IMG/VR virus record: IMGVR_UViG_3300012313_000001
Length of the DNA: 64,000 nucleotides
Direction: 5' to 3' (one strand)
Origin: a virus
How positions within the stretch are numbered: the stretch's first letter is position 1; every line of letters starts with the position of its first letter. Both the position numbers and the translations under genes were made by a program. Shown one piece after another: positions 40,011 to 51,004 of this stretch. The notes under the pieces were generated by a model. It saw nothing but the letters and a program-made list of their open reading frames with translations, was not told the DNA's origin and did no database searches.

Positions 40011-40580
40011 TTACGAAGAGGAACGCATCAGATTGTAAATCTCATCTGATCTTGAATCGTCAATTTCCAGCATTGCGCCGTTGAAATGGGTCAACCATAG
40101 AAGTGCTGTCTTTACATAGCACTGCTCCCATGAGTGATCGTAGACATCAAGGTGAGCGTCATGAGACCTGTAGGGGCCAGTTTCCAGCCCGAAAACAGCG
40201 ACATTATCGTGTTTGACATAGCATTCTTTCCATGCGTTATGCGAAAGATAACGAGATGTCAAAAGATTTCCATTGTTACTAATGACCCATGATATCGGAT
40301 GGGAATCAACAAAGAAGAAAGCATAAGCAGGATTTGACACATCCTTCAGCCAGACAAGAGCATTCTCGTACCACTGATGAAGAGCAACAGAATACTGCTT
40401 CCTTATGTTTTCATCATTCTCTTCCAGATTGGAAAGAACCGTCTTTGTATACTCTTCTGCATCCATGTGCGTAAAAGTGAGCATGGCAGAAATTGCCTTA
40501 TCCTTGATCCTCTCATAAGAAAGAGAATCACCCTCCTTGAAATTGGAGATAGCGTTCTCAAAGTTCTCTTCAGGTGTCAT
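40011..40580 (-). CDS. Hypothetical protein
   Basis: ATG 2 nt after the upstream stop. Confidence 0.65.
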   Translation of the reverse strand: MTPEENFENAISNFKEGDSLSYERIKDKAISAMLTFTHMDAEEYTKTVLSNLEENDENIRKQYSVALHQWYENALVWLKDVSNPAYAFFFVDSHPISWVISNNGNLLTSRYLSHNAWKECYVKHDNVAVFGLETGPYRSHDAHLDVYDHSWEQCYVKTALLWLTHFNGAMLEIDDSRSDEIYNLMRSSS

Positions 40581-40582
40581 GT

Positions 40583-41395
40583 TCACTTGATCTTCTCTCC
40601 GCTCACGGTGTCGTAGTTCTCCATCAGGAATTTTGCAGCCTTTTGAAAGCATTCATTCACATTGTCGCCATAGAAAGTGATGTAGTTGATGTCGCTCTTG
40701 CGATAACGAGAGGTCTTGATGTAGCGATGATCTGAATCAGGAATGTCGAGGAATGCTTTCATTTCTCCGTCCTGATCCATCTTGTATCCGAAAATGCAAT
40801 CCCTGTGATCGGGCGTGTAGAGATCTGTGCCATCATCTTCAGGAGAAAAGTATGAGAAGAATGATTTGACAAAGTGGTATAGAGTTCCATGGTCAAAGTT
40901 ATTTGAAAGAATCTCTTTCTTTGTTCTCAGGAGATTCAGAACATTTGTGTAATGATGCATCAAGTGAAGAAAGATTGCGCTATCGTCATACAGATTATTT
41001 TCTTTAATGAAAGATGGCTTATTTTCTGAAGACAGTATTGATCTTTTATTGTAGGCGAAGAGATACTTGTCCTTGTTGTCTTTGATGAAATCCGAGATCT
41101 CATTATGGTTATTGCTTTCAATGAGGGCGTTATGAGATTCATCCTCAATGACATAAGCATCACTTTTGCTGAGTCCAACATGTGCAATCTCGTTGGCTCC
41201 ATAGTAATCTACATAGAATGTGGGCAGAGCAATGTTTGAATTTCGGTACTCATTGACCCCAAAAGTATAGTGAACATGGCCGAAATCATCGTTTTTGATT
41301 CTGCAATCATCAGAGGTGTTGAGCCTGGATTCTTTACCATAGATCCTGTTATGTAGTCGAGTGATGAGATCCTCTTCATACGCTGTGAGTTCCAA
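40583..41395 (-). CDS. Hypothetical protein
   Basis: AAGGAG RBS with TTG start, upstream promoter. Confidence 0.7.
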   Translation of the reverse strand: MELTAYEEDLITRLHNRIYGKESRLNTSDDCRIKNDDFGHVHYTFGVNEYRNSNIALPTFYVDYYGANEIAHVGLSKSDAYVIEDESHNALIESNNHNEISDFIKDNKDKYLFAYNKRSILSSENKPSFIKENNLYDDSAIFLHLMHHYTNVLNLLRTKKEILSNNFDHGTLYHFVKSFFSYFSPEDDGTDLYTPDHRDCIFGYKMDQDGEMKAFLDIPDSDHRYIKTSRYRKSDINYITFYGDNVNECFQKAAKFLMENYDTVSGEKIK

Positions 41396-41545
41396 GCCGT
41401 CTCCTTTTGCTTTATTATGTGATGCTTTTCAGTATGGTTCGTTGACTTAGTGACTTCTCAAATACTATAGCAAGAAGATTGTCCTATGTCAACATGGGGA
41501 TCTCAATCATCATCAGATTGCCGATCATGGATATGATGATTGAGA

Positions 41546-42403
41546 TTATCTTTTCTCGAAGATCCAGAGGGCATTGGTATCAGGATACGGAAAGGAAAGC
41601 CTGACTCCCTTCTCATTCCAGATTCTTGTGTATTCCTTCTGAATATAAGAGTAGTGATCAACAAGGAAGAAACCGTGTTTAGCGCCCAATCCGATCATTT
41701 CATCTTTGGTGAAAACGCCATAGAATTCAAGGACTTCTCGGTCAAAGGATTCTTCTCCCCAGTTCCATGTGAAGAGAATTTCAAAGAGAGATGATCTGCT
41801 TCCTGTGATGGCACCATTGTCTTTTACTTTGACGTTAATGACTCGATCTGGGTCATCAATGTGCTCACCCTGAGTGACGAAGGGGGATGCTTTCTTGAAC
41901 TTCTTGACATATTCAGAACCATTCTCAATAACCATGGCTTGAGTAGCCTCGCCCAGCGGTCTGATCCCATCACGAATCAGCAAGCGTCCCCCGACACGCA
42001 GCCTGTCGTGTGCTGCAGCGAAGAATTCATCGACATTAGAGATCTTTCCTCTGTTTCCTTCGCGGTTGCCATAAGAGAAGATCTCGTGGATTACACTGGA
42101 AGCAATGATGGCATCTACGGGATCAAGATCAGGCATTTTATCCTCATCATCAATCTCATCAGCGTAAGCATGGATTGCTCTGATGCCATCGATATGTTCA
42201 ATTTTCTTAATTGCTTCCTTTGCAGCGTCTACAACATCAATTTTGCTGACTTGCATGCCCTTGAGTTTACTTGCCATAGCACCATCTGACCCACCTACAT
42301 CGATTACATGATCAGTGTTTTTTGGCAGGTAAGCAAGCAATTGGAACTTGTCTTTCAGAGATCGATGCATTCTCTCGTAGTAGAGGTTAGACTGGTTGAT
42401 CAT
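41546..42403 (-). CDS. Class I SAM-dependent methyltransferase
   Basis: VIDVGGSDG motif I; ASSVIHEIFSY; LRVGGRLLIRD. Confidence 0.85.
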   Translation of the reverse strand: MINQSNLYYERMHRSLKDKFQLLAYLPKNTDHVIDVGGSDGAMASKLKGMQVSKIDVVDAAKEAIKKIEHIDGIRAIHAYADEIDDEDKMPDLDPVDAIIASSVIHEIFSYGNREGNRGKISNVDEFFAAAHDRLRVGGRLLIRDGIRPLGEATQAMVIENGSEYVKKFKKASPFVTQGEHIDDPDRVINVKVKDNGAITGSRSSLFEILFTWNWGEESFDREVLEFYGVFTKDEMIGLGAKHGFFLVDHYSYIQKEYTRIWNEKGVRLSFPYPDTNALWIFEKR

Positions 42404-42596
42404 TGTTTTGCTCCGTTGTGGGAAGTGATGCTATGTGTTTTTGTTCTCCTTGACTATATCATCTATCTTCATGTAGTCAAGGAGAACTGATCATCACTTT
42501 GCTTCCTCAAGGGGAACCATGACTGAATCCTCTTGACTCCTTAATAGCAAAATTGCACAATGATCTAACATTTGGTTTCTTTAGTCCCTCATTATC

Positions 42597-42962
42597 TTAC
42601 ACGTTGATGCCATAGTGATCACGGACCATCAGGATCTTATGATACGTGTTCGTGATCGCCTCGCTCACAGGGTTACCTTCCTTGTCAACGATCCAGTTGC
42701 TGTCCTTGTCAACAGTGACAGGGTGCATCCAGGAGAACTGACGATCCTTCTCATCCGCAAGAGCATTCTTCACCAACCCGCGAATATCCATCTCACTCTG
42801 GATCTCTGAAGTAAGGGCAACAACGAGGGCATCACCCTGATGACCAACAACAGTGACATCGCTGAAATCGCCGGAATCTCGAAGGCTCTGAGAAGTGCGC
42901 GCAACGAAATCATCCAGACGGCTCTGGTCAACAGTCTTGAATGCGGTAACAAAGTGGTACAT
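42597..42962 (-). CDS. Hypothetical protein
   Basis: GAAGGA RBS, upstream promoter. Confidence 0.7.
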   Translation of the reverse strand: MYHFVTAFKTVDQSRLDDFVARTSQSLRDSGDFSDVTVVGHQGDALVVALTSEIQSEMDIRGLVKNALADEKDRQFSWMHPVTVDKDSNWIVDKEGNPVSEAITNTYHKILMVRDHYGINV

Positions 42963-43105
42963 GAGTTTCCTTCTGTGTGATAGTCAGTGATTGCTTGTTC
43001 ACTATGAACACTACAGGATCATGAGGATCATGTCAACTTTCTGTTATTGGTTCTATAGTATTAGATTTGTTATACTATTTTAAATAAAGATGTTAGGAGA
43101 GGTAA

Positions 43106-43897
43106 ATGGTTAAGTGTTCTACATCGAGTCCTGTGAGATACCCTGGGGGTAAATTTAGAGCAAGGAAGATTATCGAAGAGTATCTTCCAAATGAATCATC
43201 AAAGATACTATCACCATTCTTTGGTGGGGGGTCTTTTGAACTGTATGCAACAGGTTTAGGTCATTTCGTTATTGGCGCTGATGGGTTTAAGTCTCTTGCG
43301 AACTTTTGGACAAATCTTTTGTCCAACCCAGAAGAAATGGCAGATGAACTACAGAAGTATCTAGGTAATGTTGATAGTGATTTGTTTAAGAGCGTACAGA
43401 TAAGGCAAAAATCCAATGATGACCCGAATAGTCTTATCGATGCTGTTGAGTTCATATTAATAAATAGATGCTCATTCTCTGGTGCGACATTTTCGGGTGG
43501 ATTTTCAAAAGAAAGTGCAAGGACTAGATTTACTCAGAGTTTAATAGATAAAATTAGATCATTTAAAAATGATAATCTAAAATTCGAATATGGGCTATTT
43601 GAAGAAGTAATTCCACAGTATGCAGATAGTGTGGATTTGATGTTTTTAGATCCTCCTTATCTTTTAGATGGTGCTAAAAATTCTCTTTATGGTATTGGTG
43701 GGGACATGCATAAATCTTTTGACCATAACCTGTTTTATGAAGTTGTAGTTGATTCGAATAAACCATTTATATTGACCTATAACAATAGTGATGAGATTAG
43801 AAATATTTGGAAGGATTATAAGATACTGGACGCAGAGTGGAGTTATGGAATGAATAAATCTAAAAAATCATCAGAAATAATTATTATTAACGATTAA
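43106..43897 (+). CDS. DNA adenine (N6) methyltransferase, Dam/D12 class
   Basis: RYPGGK, SPFFGGGS and DPPY motifs. Confidence 0.92.
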   Translation: MVKCSTSSPVRYPGGKFRARKIIEEYLPNESSKILSPFFGGGSFELYATGLGHFVIGADGFKSLANFWTNLLSNPEEMADELQKYLGNVDSDLFKSVQIRQKSNDDPNSLIDAVEFILINRCSFSGATFSGGFSKESARTRFTQSLIDKIRSFKNDNLKFEYGLFEEVIPQYADSVDLMFLDPPYLLDGAKNSLYGIGGDMHKSFDHNLFYEVVVDSNKPFILTYNNSDEIRNIWKDYKILDAEWSYGMNKSKKSSEIIIIND

Positions 43898-43927
43898 TTA
43901 CGGCTTTTTACCACTATTGAGGTAGAT

Positions 43928-44737
43928 TCATTTAACAATTGGATCTACCTTAATAGTCGCTGCAATATTGTTGGGAGAACCGTTTTTAGAAAATTTTGCC
44001 ATTTTAGATTTACCATCTTTGAATTTAGGTCGGAAACTTACATTGTAAATTCTCTCTTCTTTTTCATTTAAAACTTCAAAAAACACAGAATTTCCTTTAG
44101 TATAAATAGATTGGCGATTAACATGAAAATCACCCTCTTTTGAGGGGTAAAATATAACATTGCCATTCTTTATCATTTTGTAAAACCCTCCGTTGCCGAT
44201 AATCCTATCGTTTAATAGATCTTTAAACTCTTCTTGATCATCATTGATGATGGAATAGGCTATCTTGTCTCTTAAGGATTTAAGGAAATGGCTAACGCTA
44301 CTATATCCATTTTTGATTATGTTCTCTTCATAGGTCAAAGATGTATCATTGATAGATGTCTTAAGGAAGTTGATTAAAAACGGTAATTGGTATTCAGAAG
44401 TAGAAAATCTGTATGATTTGTCTTCTACATTAGAAGTCTTACAGGATAGCAAAACAGTATTGCCCGACTCGTCAAAATACTTTATATCATAAACATATCC
44501 ACCATTTGCAGAGAGGTCATTAAACTCTACATCTGTATAAGATATAGGGATGGAATTTGCTGTAACTTGAGCGTTCTTTCTAAGCGATAATACTTTAGAA
44601 GGATTAATTAAAAGTAATTCTTCTAATTTTTTTTCTCTATGAGAACTCCGATTTTTAATCTTACTCTTTCCCATAGATGCTTTAACGATTTCTTCTGCTA
44701 CAATTTGCTCATTTGCATACCCTATCAAAGCCTGCAT
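43928..44737 (-). CDS. Putative type II restriction endonuclease
   Basis: Convergent with the MTase, same AT-rich composition, GYANE..YDI..LLSCK PD-(D/E)XK-like pattern. Confidence 0.5.
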   Translation of the reverse strand: MQALIGYANEQIVAEEIVKASMGKSKIKNRSSHREKKLEELLLINPSKVLSLRKNAQVTANSIPISYTDVEFNDLSANGGYVYDIKYFDESGNTVLLSCKTSNVEDKSYRFSTSEYQLPFLINFLKTSINDTSLTYEENIIKNGYSSVSHFLKSLRDKIAYSIINDDQEEFKDLLNDRIIGNGGFYKMIKNGNVIFYPSKEGDFHVNRQSIYTKGNSVFFEVLNEKEERIYNVSFRPKFKDGKSKMAKFSKNGSPNNIAATIKVDPIVK

Positions 44738-44840
44738 TTTATCTCCTTTATTATGGGTAATATTTTTGTAAAATATCTATTAATTATATGCTATCTAAAC
44801 TTAATTTATTGTTAGTTATTTGGTATAAACTTTTAATGAA

Positions 44841-45536
44841 TCAAAAGAGATCAAGAGCATTGCTCACCATGTTCTCAAATTGTTCTCTGGTTAACGGGAT
44901 GTCCTCGCTTCCCGTGTCGAAATCGGTTTTCTTTAACTGATTGGTTTCGAATGCTCTGATGAAGATGTCATAAGCATCTGGCACATTCCCAGTATAGTTC
45001 ATCATCAAAGCCAATCTTGTCAGAGAATCAGCCACCTCTGAACACCTATTGACAATAGAGACTTCATGATGTTGGTCAATGAGAGAATCATAAATGTAGA
45101 CCTCTTGCCCATCGAACAGAGATTCCAATGCCGACATGACAGTGTGATCAGTGACTTTATTGTTCTCCACATCATCTGAAACACCAGTGCAATAAGGCAA
45201 GCCCACATGGAGGAAGGCGTTGTAACCACGCGGTCTCAATGTTAGACAGTATTTCTTTTTCCCGTTGAATGATTGGGCGTACACAGACATTCTATCCTCA
45301 CCGGGAAGAATGAATCCATAGTGAGCATAACTCTCATCTGTACTCAAAGGCACCATGACTACTTCTTCATACAGAGAACTCAACTTTTCTGCAAAGCATT
45401 TAGCAGTATTATTTTTAGATGAATGCTTCGTCTCAAGGGAAGTGATTGTATTGTCCTTGCTCTTTTGCTCGATGTCAAAAGTGCTCAAAAGAGTGATGAG
45501 GATAGATGAGTAGAATCCTTTGTTTCCCAATGGCAT
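44841..45536 (-). CDS. Hypothetical protein
   Basis: 231-codon ORF. Confidence 0.6.
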   Translation of the reverse strand: MPLGNKGFYSSILITLLSTFDIEQKSKDNTITSLETKHSSKNNTAKCFAEKLSSLYEEVVMVPLSTDESYAHYGFILPGEDRMSVYAQSFNGKKKYCLTLRPRGYNAFLHVGLPYCTGVSDDVENNKVTDHTVMSALESLFDGQEVYIYDSLIDQHHEVSIVNRCSEVADSLTRLALMMNYTGNVPDAYDIFIRAFETNQLKKTDFDTGSEDIPLTREQFENMVSNALDLF

Positions 45537-45631
45537 ATAAGATTCTTCTGAGACTTCAGAAGTATAACAAGGCCCTATGATCGATCTACTGTTGGCATCG
45601 TACAGTTCTCAATAACTATGTCAAACAATGA

Positions 45632-46882
45632 CTATTGAGTTTTACACGGACCACTGAAAGTGATCAGTGCGGGATGGACTGCACCATCCTCTATCCCTTG
45701 GGCGTTAAGTTGCTCTACAGGGACTACTTTTCTTAGAATGTTTCCAGCACCGTTGATGTCAGCGTTGATGATTCGACCATCACTTGCTTTGAACAAGCCG
45801 CGCCGAGTCCTCTTACCGAGATAACTCTCGTGCTTCTTCACTTCCTCCCAGTCAAGAAAACTACATTTACTGGTGTAGCTCTCTTCTGTAAGAATGACTC
45901 GGATTCCGTACCTAGACGCTTTATCTTCGATCTGGTGAATGAGCTTTGCAAACGGAATAGATACGAAGGTCTGGTTGTTTCTGCGTCCGATGTTGATGTC
46001 TTGTTTCCATTCTGGATTGTGCCCAATAATGACAGTGTTAATGTCGTTGGAAACTGCGTGATTCACAATGTCGGAACTGACTTGATGAAAGTACCAGTTG
46101 ATCCTGCCTTCTCGCTTTGCACTCATTCGCTGAAGTCGCTTTGAGATTTTCACCTCCCCGCGAATGTCGAGTTGTGAAGTAAGCTTTGCCTTTGCTTTAT
46201 TGAAGAATTGGTTGATGCTCTTCACTGGTTTCCCGTTGTAGAGATTCGCCGTTCCATCGGAGTCAATCATTGCGGCAAGATTATTCACACCAAGGTCGAT
46301 TGCGGCGTAGCGCCCATTGTCCGAGAGTTGTATTGGTTTAGATCCGTCGTTATAAACCACTGAAACATGAACTCTGCCGTGTTTCGGAGTGAGCGTGATG
46401 AACTGCGGATTAGCAACGCGAGTTCGAATCTCAATGTTCAGATGTTTTGGTGAGATTCTATGAGTGTAAATCAGCTCTCCATGTCGATTCTCTACCGGAT
46501 TGCGGTCAATCGAGATTGCATCTTTAGGCACTCGAAGAGTAGTCAAACAATTTTTAGGCAGGTACTTCGGAATACGAACCTGTTTATTATAGGCACCATT
46601 CTGCTTTGCTTTGAGAAGACCAAAAAACGAGTTGAAGTTTGACCCAACAAGGCGAAGTACCTCTCCGCTGATTTTTGCTGGCAGAGCACGATAATCGGGT
46701 TGATTCTGACTTACGAACTTTACCCGCTGGCTTTGCCAAGTAAGATATTCACCAGTATTGAAAAAGTGTTGCCGAACATCATACAAACTAGCGTTGTAGA
46801 GATTCTTTGCCAAATGACAAGCCTGCAATATGTTTCTACTCGGGTGTCGAATAACAAGAGTTTCAGTTTTCTGATTCTTCAT
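45632..46882 (-). CDS. tnpB: TnpB RNA-guided nuclease family
   Basis: KNLYN, AAIDLGVNN, EESYTSK, NADINGAGNI. Confidence 0.92.
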   Translation of the reverse strand: MKNQKTETLVIRHPSRNILQACHLAKNLYNASLYDVRQHFFNTGEYLTWQSQRVKFVSQNQPDYRALPAKISGEVLRLVGSNFNSFFGLLKAKQNGAYNKQVRIPKYLPKNCLTTLRVPKDAISIDRNPVENRHGELIYTHRISPKHLNIEIRTRVANPQFITLTPKHGRVHVSVVYNDGSKPIQLSDNGRYAAIDLGVNNLAAMIDSDGTANLYNGKPVKSINQFFNKAKAKLTSQLDIRGEVKISKRLQRMSAKREGRINWYFHQVSSDIVNHAVSNDINTVIIGHNPEWKQDINIGRRNNQTFVSIPFAKLIHQIEDKASRYGIRVILTEESYTSKCSFLDWEEVKKHESYLGKRTRRGLFKASDGRIINADINGAGNILRKVVPVEQLNAQGIEDGAVHPALITFSGPCKTQ

Positions 46883-47456
46883 CCTGCACCACCCTCAAAA
46901 TCTCGATTTGCTTTCGCTCAGCACGCCGTCGCCCATAAATGCGAGCACAAAATGAGGTAACGATAGAGACGAGATCTTGAATCAAATCCTCTTCGTCATT
47001 CTCGGTTTCATTAATCACGACGATTTCGCTACCGTGCTTGTTCAGGAGCGCTTCAAGGTAATTGAAACCAAATCTTGTAAGCCTGTCTTTGTGCTCAACG
47101 ACAATACGAAGATTTTCTGGACGCTTCAGCATTGAAAGTAGTTGCTTCCGCTGGTCATTTAGACCGGAGCCAACCTCTTTGTAGTTGGTGTCGATTGCCC
47201 AGTGATTTTGTTGGCAGTATTTTTGGAGTCTCTCAGATTGATAAACAAGGTCGGTGTTTCGTCTATCTGAGTTTGACACTCTAGCATAAGTCACCGTAAT
47301 AAGGTCGTCTTTGTCCTCGTCTGGAAGATCAACAACAATAGAACCACCAGGTGTTTTTCTAGCAGTTGAAATCTTGCCCTCTTGATACCAACGAAAGGCG
47401 GTGCGCCAAGTAACCGAGTTGCGTTTAGCGTACTCACTCAACTTGATTGTCGGCAT
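46863..47456 (-). CDS. tnpA: IS607 TnpA serine recombinase
   Basis: N-terminal MerR-like HTH; YARVS; EVGSGLN; EHKDRLTRFG. Confidence 0.95.
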   Translation of the reverse strand: MPTIKLSEYAKRNSVTWRTAFRWYQEGKISTARKTPGGSIVVDLPDEDKDDLITVTYARVSNSDRRNTDLVYQSERLQKYCQQNHWAIDTNYKEVGSGLNDQRKQLLSMLKRPENLRIVVEHKDRLTRFGFNYLEALLNKHGSEIVVINETENDEEDLIQDLVSIVTSFCARIYGRRRAERKQIEILRVVQDEESEN

Positions 47457-47721
47457 TTGACACCTCCAGTTTCATTGTTTATCATTGTATTACATATATT
47501 ATATCAAATATCAAGGACTAGACATACACATGAGTTAGGGTCTCATGCTGCAGGTGGTCTCATTCTATCAAAAATCTGGATGTGCATATGGAATCAATAG
47601 AGATCAGTATTTGCGGTGTGGTTGACTGTGATGCCATCATGATTTCATCTGGGTTGTAATATTGACGAACATGTGTTACTGTTGGAAAAACTTGTAATCT
47701 CGAAGAAAGTGCAGGAGAGCA

Positions 47722-48528
47722 ATGAAGGTTCTTATTGGCTCAATGGCGATGAAGTCTTACGCTGATCTGAAGAATCCCCCGAAGGATGCGGATTATTTCA
47801 GTGATCACGATAAGAAGGATCTTGATGATCATGGTACTGGTCGTGTTGAGGTCTTTTATGATGAGAGGCTTGCTCAGTATGCATGGGCACAGGATGCTGA
47901 CACAGGGGGCACAGGTGTGGCAACTCTGGATGAGTTGTACACGATCAAGGTTTCTCATGCTTTCTGGGATTTGCGCAACAAGTCGTGGAGTAAGCATATG
48001 TCTCATATGATGGACTTGAAGAAGGCTGGCGCTACTTTCATTCCTGAACTCTATGAGATTCTTTATGCAGTATGGAAAGATCTTCATGGTGCTAAGCGTG
48101 CCAACCTTGAAGTGGAGAATCCTGAGGATTTCTTTACTTCTACAGTAGTACGCAAGTATGATCATGATAGTCTGCACGCTTCTGTTGCCTACTATGATCG
48201 TCCTCTTTTTGAGAGTATCCTGCGAGATGGTCATGCTATTGCTGTGAGTAAGAAGAAGTTTGATGATCTTCCCCATGATGACAAGGTGAAGTTGGTCAAG
48301 GAGGAGATTTTTGCTACGGCATTGGAGCGAGATTTGATTCCTGATGACAGTGGCCGCAATTGGCGTGTCGCTTATCAGAAGCACTTGAAGAAGTTGATCA
48401 CTTCTTATTCAAAGGGATGGTTCCCTTTGTGGGTTGTGCTCCATTTCGATGAGGTATGTACTAATCGCGTGAATTATTGGGATCGTATGCAGGATCAGTC
48501 AGATCGACTGATTCTTCTTGATGCTTGA
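47722..48528 (+). CDS. Conserved phage protein with nucleotidyltransferase-like N-terminus
   Basis: LIGS-x13-DADY matches the hG[GS]..DxD pattern; LYTIKVSH and YDHDSLH motifs. Confidence 0.6.
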   Translation: MKVLIGSMAMKSYADLKNPPKDADYFSDHDKKDLDDHGTGRVEVFYDERLAQYAWAQDADTGGTGVATLDELYTIKVSHAFWDLRNKSWSKHMSHMMDLKKAGATFIPELYEILYAVWKDLHGAKRANLEVENPEDFFTSTVVRKYDHDSLHASVAYYDRPLFESILRDGHAIAVSKKKFDDLPHDDKVKLVKEEIFATALERDLIPDDSGRNWRVAYQKHLKKLITSYSKGWFPLWVVLHFDEVCTNRVNYWDRMQDQSDRLILLDA

Positions 48529-48594
48529 CTTTTGAGCGATTAACGGATAAAATGAAGAAGAGACCAGAACACGAAACTATTGAAAGGCAGAAAG

Positions 48595-48978
48595 ATGGTA
48601 GATGACAAGAAGTTTCTTGAGGATTTGAAGAATGATCTTTATGAGATCATCGATGAATACGCGGATGATGCCTATGTTGGATTTATCTATGATTTCAAGA
48701 ATGGAAGAGTGATTCCTCGTTCTTCACGCAATGATGCTTGGCTGTATTGCAAGTATCGTGGTTGGACGTATGTTGAAGAGCCAAATGGAAAGTACAATAA
48801 TGTCCCTCATTATCAGTTTTTGATGAAGTTCTCCAAGGACGGAGAGGATGATATTCTTGTCCTTTTTGAGACAGAATCTGACTCGTGGAGTCCCGATGTA
48901 TACATTAATGTTGAGTATGCTCACCTCGTGAAGAAGGAAGAGGTCACTGTGACTAATGTTGTTCGAAAGTATAAGTGA
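48595..48978 (+). CDS. Paralog 1 of six-member tandem family
   Basis: YRGWTY, KFSKDGEDDI. Confidence 0.8.
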   Translation: MVDDKKFLEDLKNDLYEIIDEYADDAYVGFIYDFKNGRVIPRSSRNDAWLYCKYRGWTYVEEPNGKYNNVPHYQFLMKFSKDGEDDILVLFETESDSWSPDVYINVEYAHLVKKEEVTVTNVVRKYK

Positions 48979-48993
48979 ACGGATTAAGGGCTG

Positions 48994-49371
48994 ATGATGT
49001 CGGATCACATGAAATTCCTCGTCAGATTGAAGGAGGATATGTGGGCTGCTGAAGAGTATTTCGGTCGTAGTTTCCTGACGAAATTCTTCTTTGATCTAGG
49101 TGAGATCGAGGGCGATTTGCCTGAGTGGAGAAAAAAGAAGTATCTTGGTTGGTCATATAGCATGGCATACAGGAGTTTTGATGAAGATGATGAAGAGGAT
49201 TATCTTGTCATGAAGTTCTCCAAGAATGATGCTGATGATATCTATGTCCGATTCGATATCGATTCTACATTATGGGATGGTTATCAATACGATACGGCGA
49301 TTGATACAGCGTGCCTTGTGGTCCCTGTGGAAACGGAAACGTCTGATGTAAGATTCGAAGAAGTACTGTAA
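48994..49371 (+). CDS. Paralog 2 of six-member tandem family
   Basis: YLGWSY, KFSKNDADDIYVRF. Confidence 0.8.
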   Translation: MMSDHMKFLVRLKEDMWAAEEYFGRSFLTKFFFDLGEIEGDLPEWRKKKYLGWSYSMAYRSFDEDDEEDYLVMKFSKNDADDIYVRFDIDSTLWDGYQYDTAIDTACLVVPVETETSDVRFEEVL

Positions 49372-49440
49372 TCTTAGTATATCTGCTTCATATGAGTAAA
49401 AATTAGATCATTAAGGCATGCAAAAGGAAAGGAGACACTA

Positions 49441-49833
49441 ATGACTGACGCACAGGGTTTCTTGAATCAGTTGAAGGAAGATATGGCTGTTGAGGCAGAA
49501 AAGAGCGGGAAGGAGTTCTTTTCTAAGTTCTTTTTTGTAGGGAAGTATGATTCAAAAGAGAATGATGATGTCTGGGCATACAGAACCTACCGAGACTGGT
49601 ATTATAAGATTGTCAATAGTGTGGAATCTGCGGAAGACAATGGTGATCATGTAAGTTCTTATCAGTATAATGTGTTCAAGTTTTCCAATGATCAAGAGGA
49701 TGACATTTATGTTAAATTCCGTGTCGAATGGGATTCTTGGGATGGTGACAAATTCGATAAGATGATTGAAACAGCACACCTTGTTCAACCTAAGCAGGTC
49801 ACAGAAACAGTTTACGAAGAAATCATCTATTGA
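49441..49833 (+). CDS. Paralog 3 of six-member tandem family
   Basis: YRDWYY, KFSNDQEDDIYVKF. Confidence 0.8.
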   Translation: MTDAQGFLNQLKEDMAVEAEKSGKEFFSKFFFVGKYDSKENDDVWAYRTYRDWYYKIVNSVESAEDNGDHVSSYQYNVFKFSNDQEDDIYVKFRVEWDSWDGDKFDKMIETAHLVQPKQVTETVYEEIIY

Positions 49834-49854
49834 GAGCACAAAAGGGGAATCGTT

Positions 49855-50253
49855 ATGGTTGATGCACAAGAGTTCTTGAGTCAGTTGAAGAAAGATCTTC
49901 ATGCACAGAAGGAAAATCCTGAACTCCAAGTCGATTATTTCCATGACTTCTTCAGTCTTCGGAATAAGGAATTCAAGGAAAACGATGATAGATTTGAAGA
50001 GGATTATAGGGGATGGTCGTATAAGATCGTAAAACCTATGTTCAATGTGGAAGGTGGACCTAGTGTAGATAACGCTTCTATCCAGTTCTCCAAGGAGGGT
50101 GAGAAGGATATCTATGTGAGATTCTCCGCTGATTACTATTCATTGTTTGATGAAATGAATTATGATCATATGATTGACAGTGCTCGCCTCACTACACCAG
50201 ATGAGATTGAAAAAGATGGGTATGATATCCTTCAATTCATGCTGAACTGTTGA
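49855..50253 (+). CDS. Paralog 4 of six-member tandem family
   Basis: YRGWSY, QFSKEGEKDIYVRF. Confidence 0.8.
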   Translation: MVDAQEFLSQLKKDLHAQKENPELQVDYFHDFFSLRNKEFKENDDRFEEDYRGWSYKIVKPMFNVEGGPSVDNASIQFSKEGEKDIYVRFSADYYSLFDEMNYDHMIDSARLTTPDEIEKDGYDILQFMLNC

Positions 50254-50392
50254 ATTCAGATAGTAGATTGTACTTGTAAGGGTTCAAGGTTTATGGTAAA
50301 GTAAGCCTAGGATGACGTGATCCAGTGAACAGGATGTTCATATCAAGTAAGATCCTCTAGGCAATGCAAGAGAAAAATGAAAGGAAACACAG

Positions 50393-50773
50393 ATGGTTGA
50401 CGCACAGGAGTTCTTGAATCAGTTGAAGAAAGACATGACTGCTGAGGGAGAAAGTAGGGAATATACTTTCTTTTGGGGTTTCATCGATAGGGGGTCCTAT
50501 ACTTCAGATGAGAACACAGAGGTCTGGTCAGATAGCAATTACAGGGGCTGGTCTTATGAGATTGTAGATAACCAGTTGGAAGGTGAAGGTGGTCCTTCCT
50601 ACCAGTATAGTGTGCTCAAGTTCTCCAAGGATGGTGAGGACAACATTTATGTTAAGTTCCCCGCTGAATGGACTTCTTGGGGGGACGGAATGAACTATGA
50701 TTACACTATTTTGGATGCACGACTCGTTGTGCCAGAAGAAGTAGTCACGATTGTCTACAATCCGCTTACCTGA
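50393..50773 (+). CDS. Paralog 5 of six-member tandem family
   Basis: YRGWSY, KFSKDGEDNIYVKF. Confidence 0.8.
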   Translation: MVDAQEFLNQLKKDMTAEGESREYTFFWGFIDRGSYTSDENTEVWSDSNYRGWSYEIVDNQLEGEGGPSYQYSVLKFSKDGEDNIYVKFPAEWTSWGDGMNYDYTILDARLVVPEEVVTIVYNPLT

Positions 50774-51004
50774 TCTCTGTCTCTGAATCTCAGACCAATG
50801 AGAGTAGGGAGGAATACAGTGCAAACAGCCATTGTATTCCTCCCTACTCTTGATTGCATGAAAGCGACTAAAGCGGCGAGATCTTCAGTCTCTCAGTAGT
50901 TCGTTAAAACGATCATTCAATGGCACACTTTCTCAACTTAGATAATTGATATAATCAAATTAAAATATTTTTAATGCAATAATGAACTACAAAGGAGAGA
51001 ACGC

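Larger units (their letters stand above)
45600..47520 (-). mobile_element. IS607-family element 1 (ends approximate)
   Basis: Overlapping serine-recombinase tnpA and tnpB. Confidence 0.85.
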
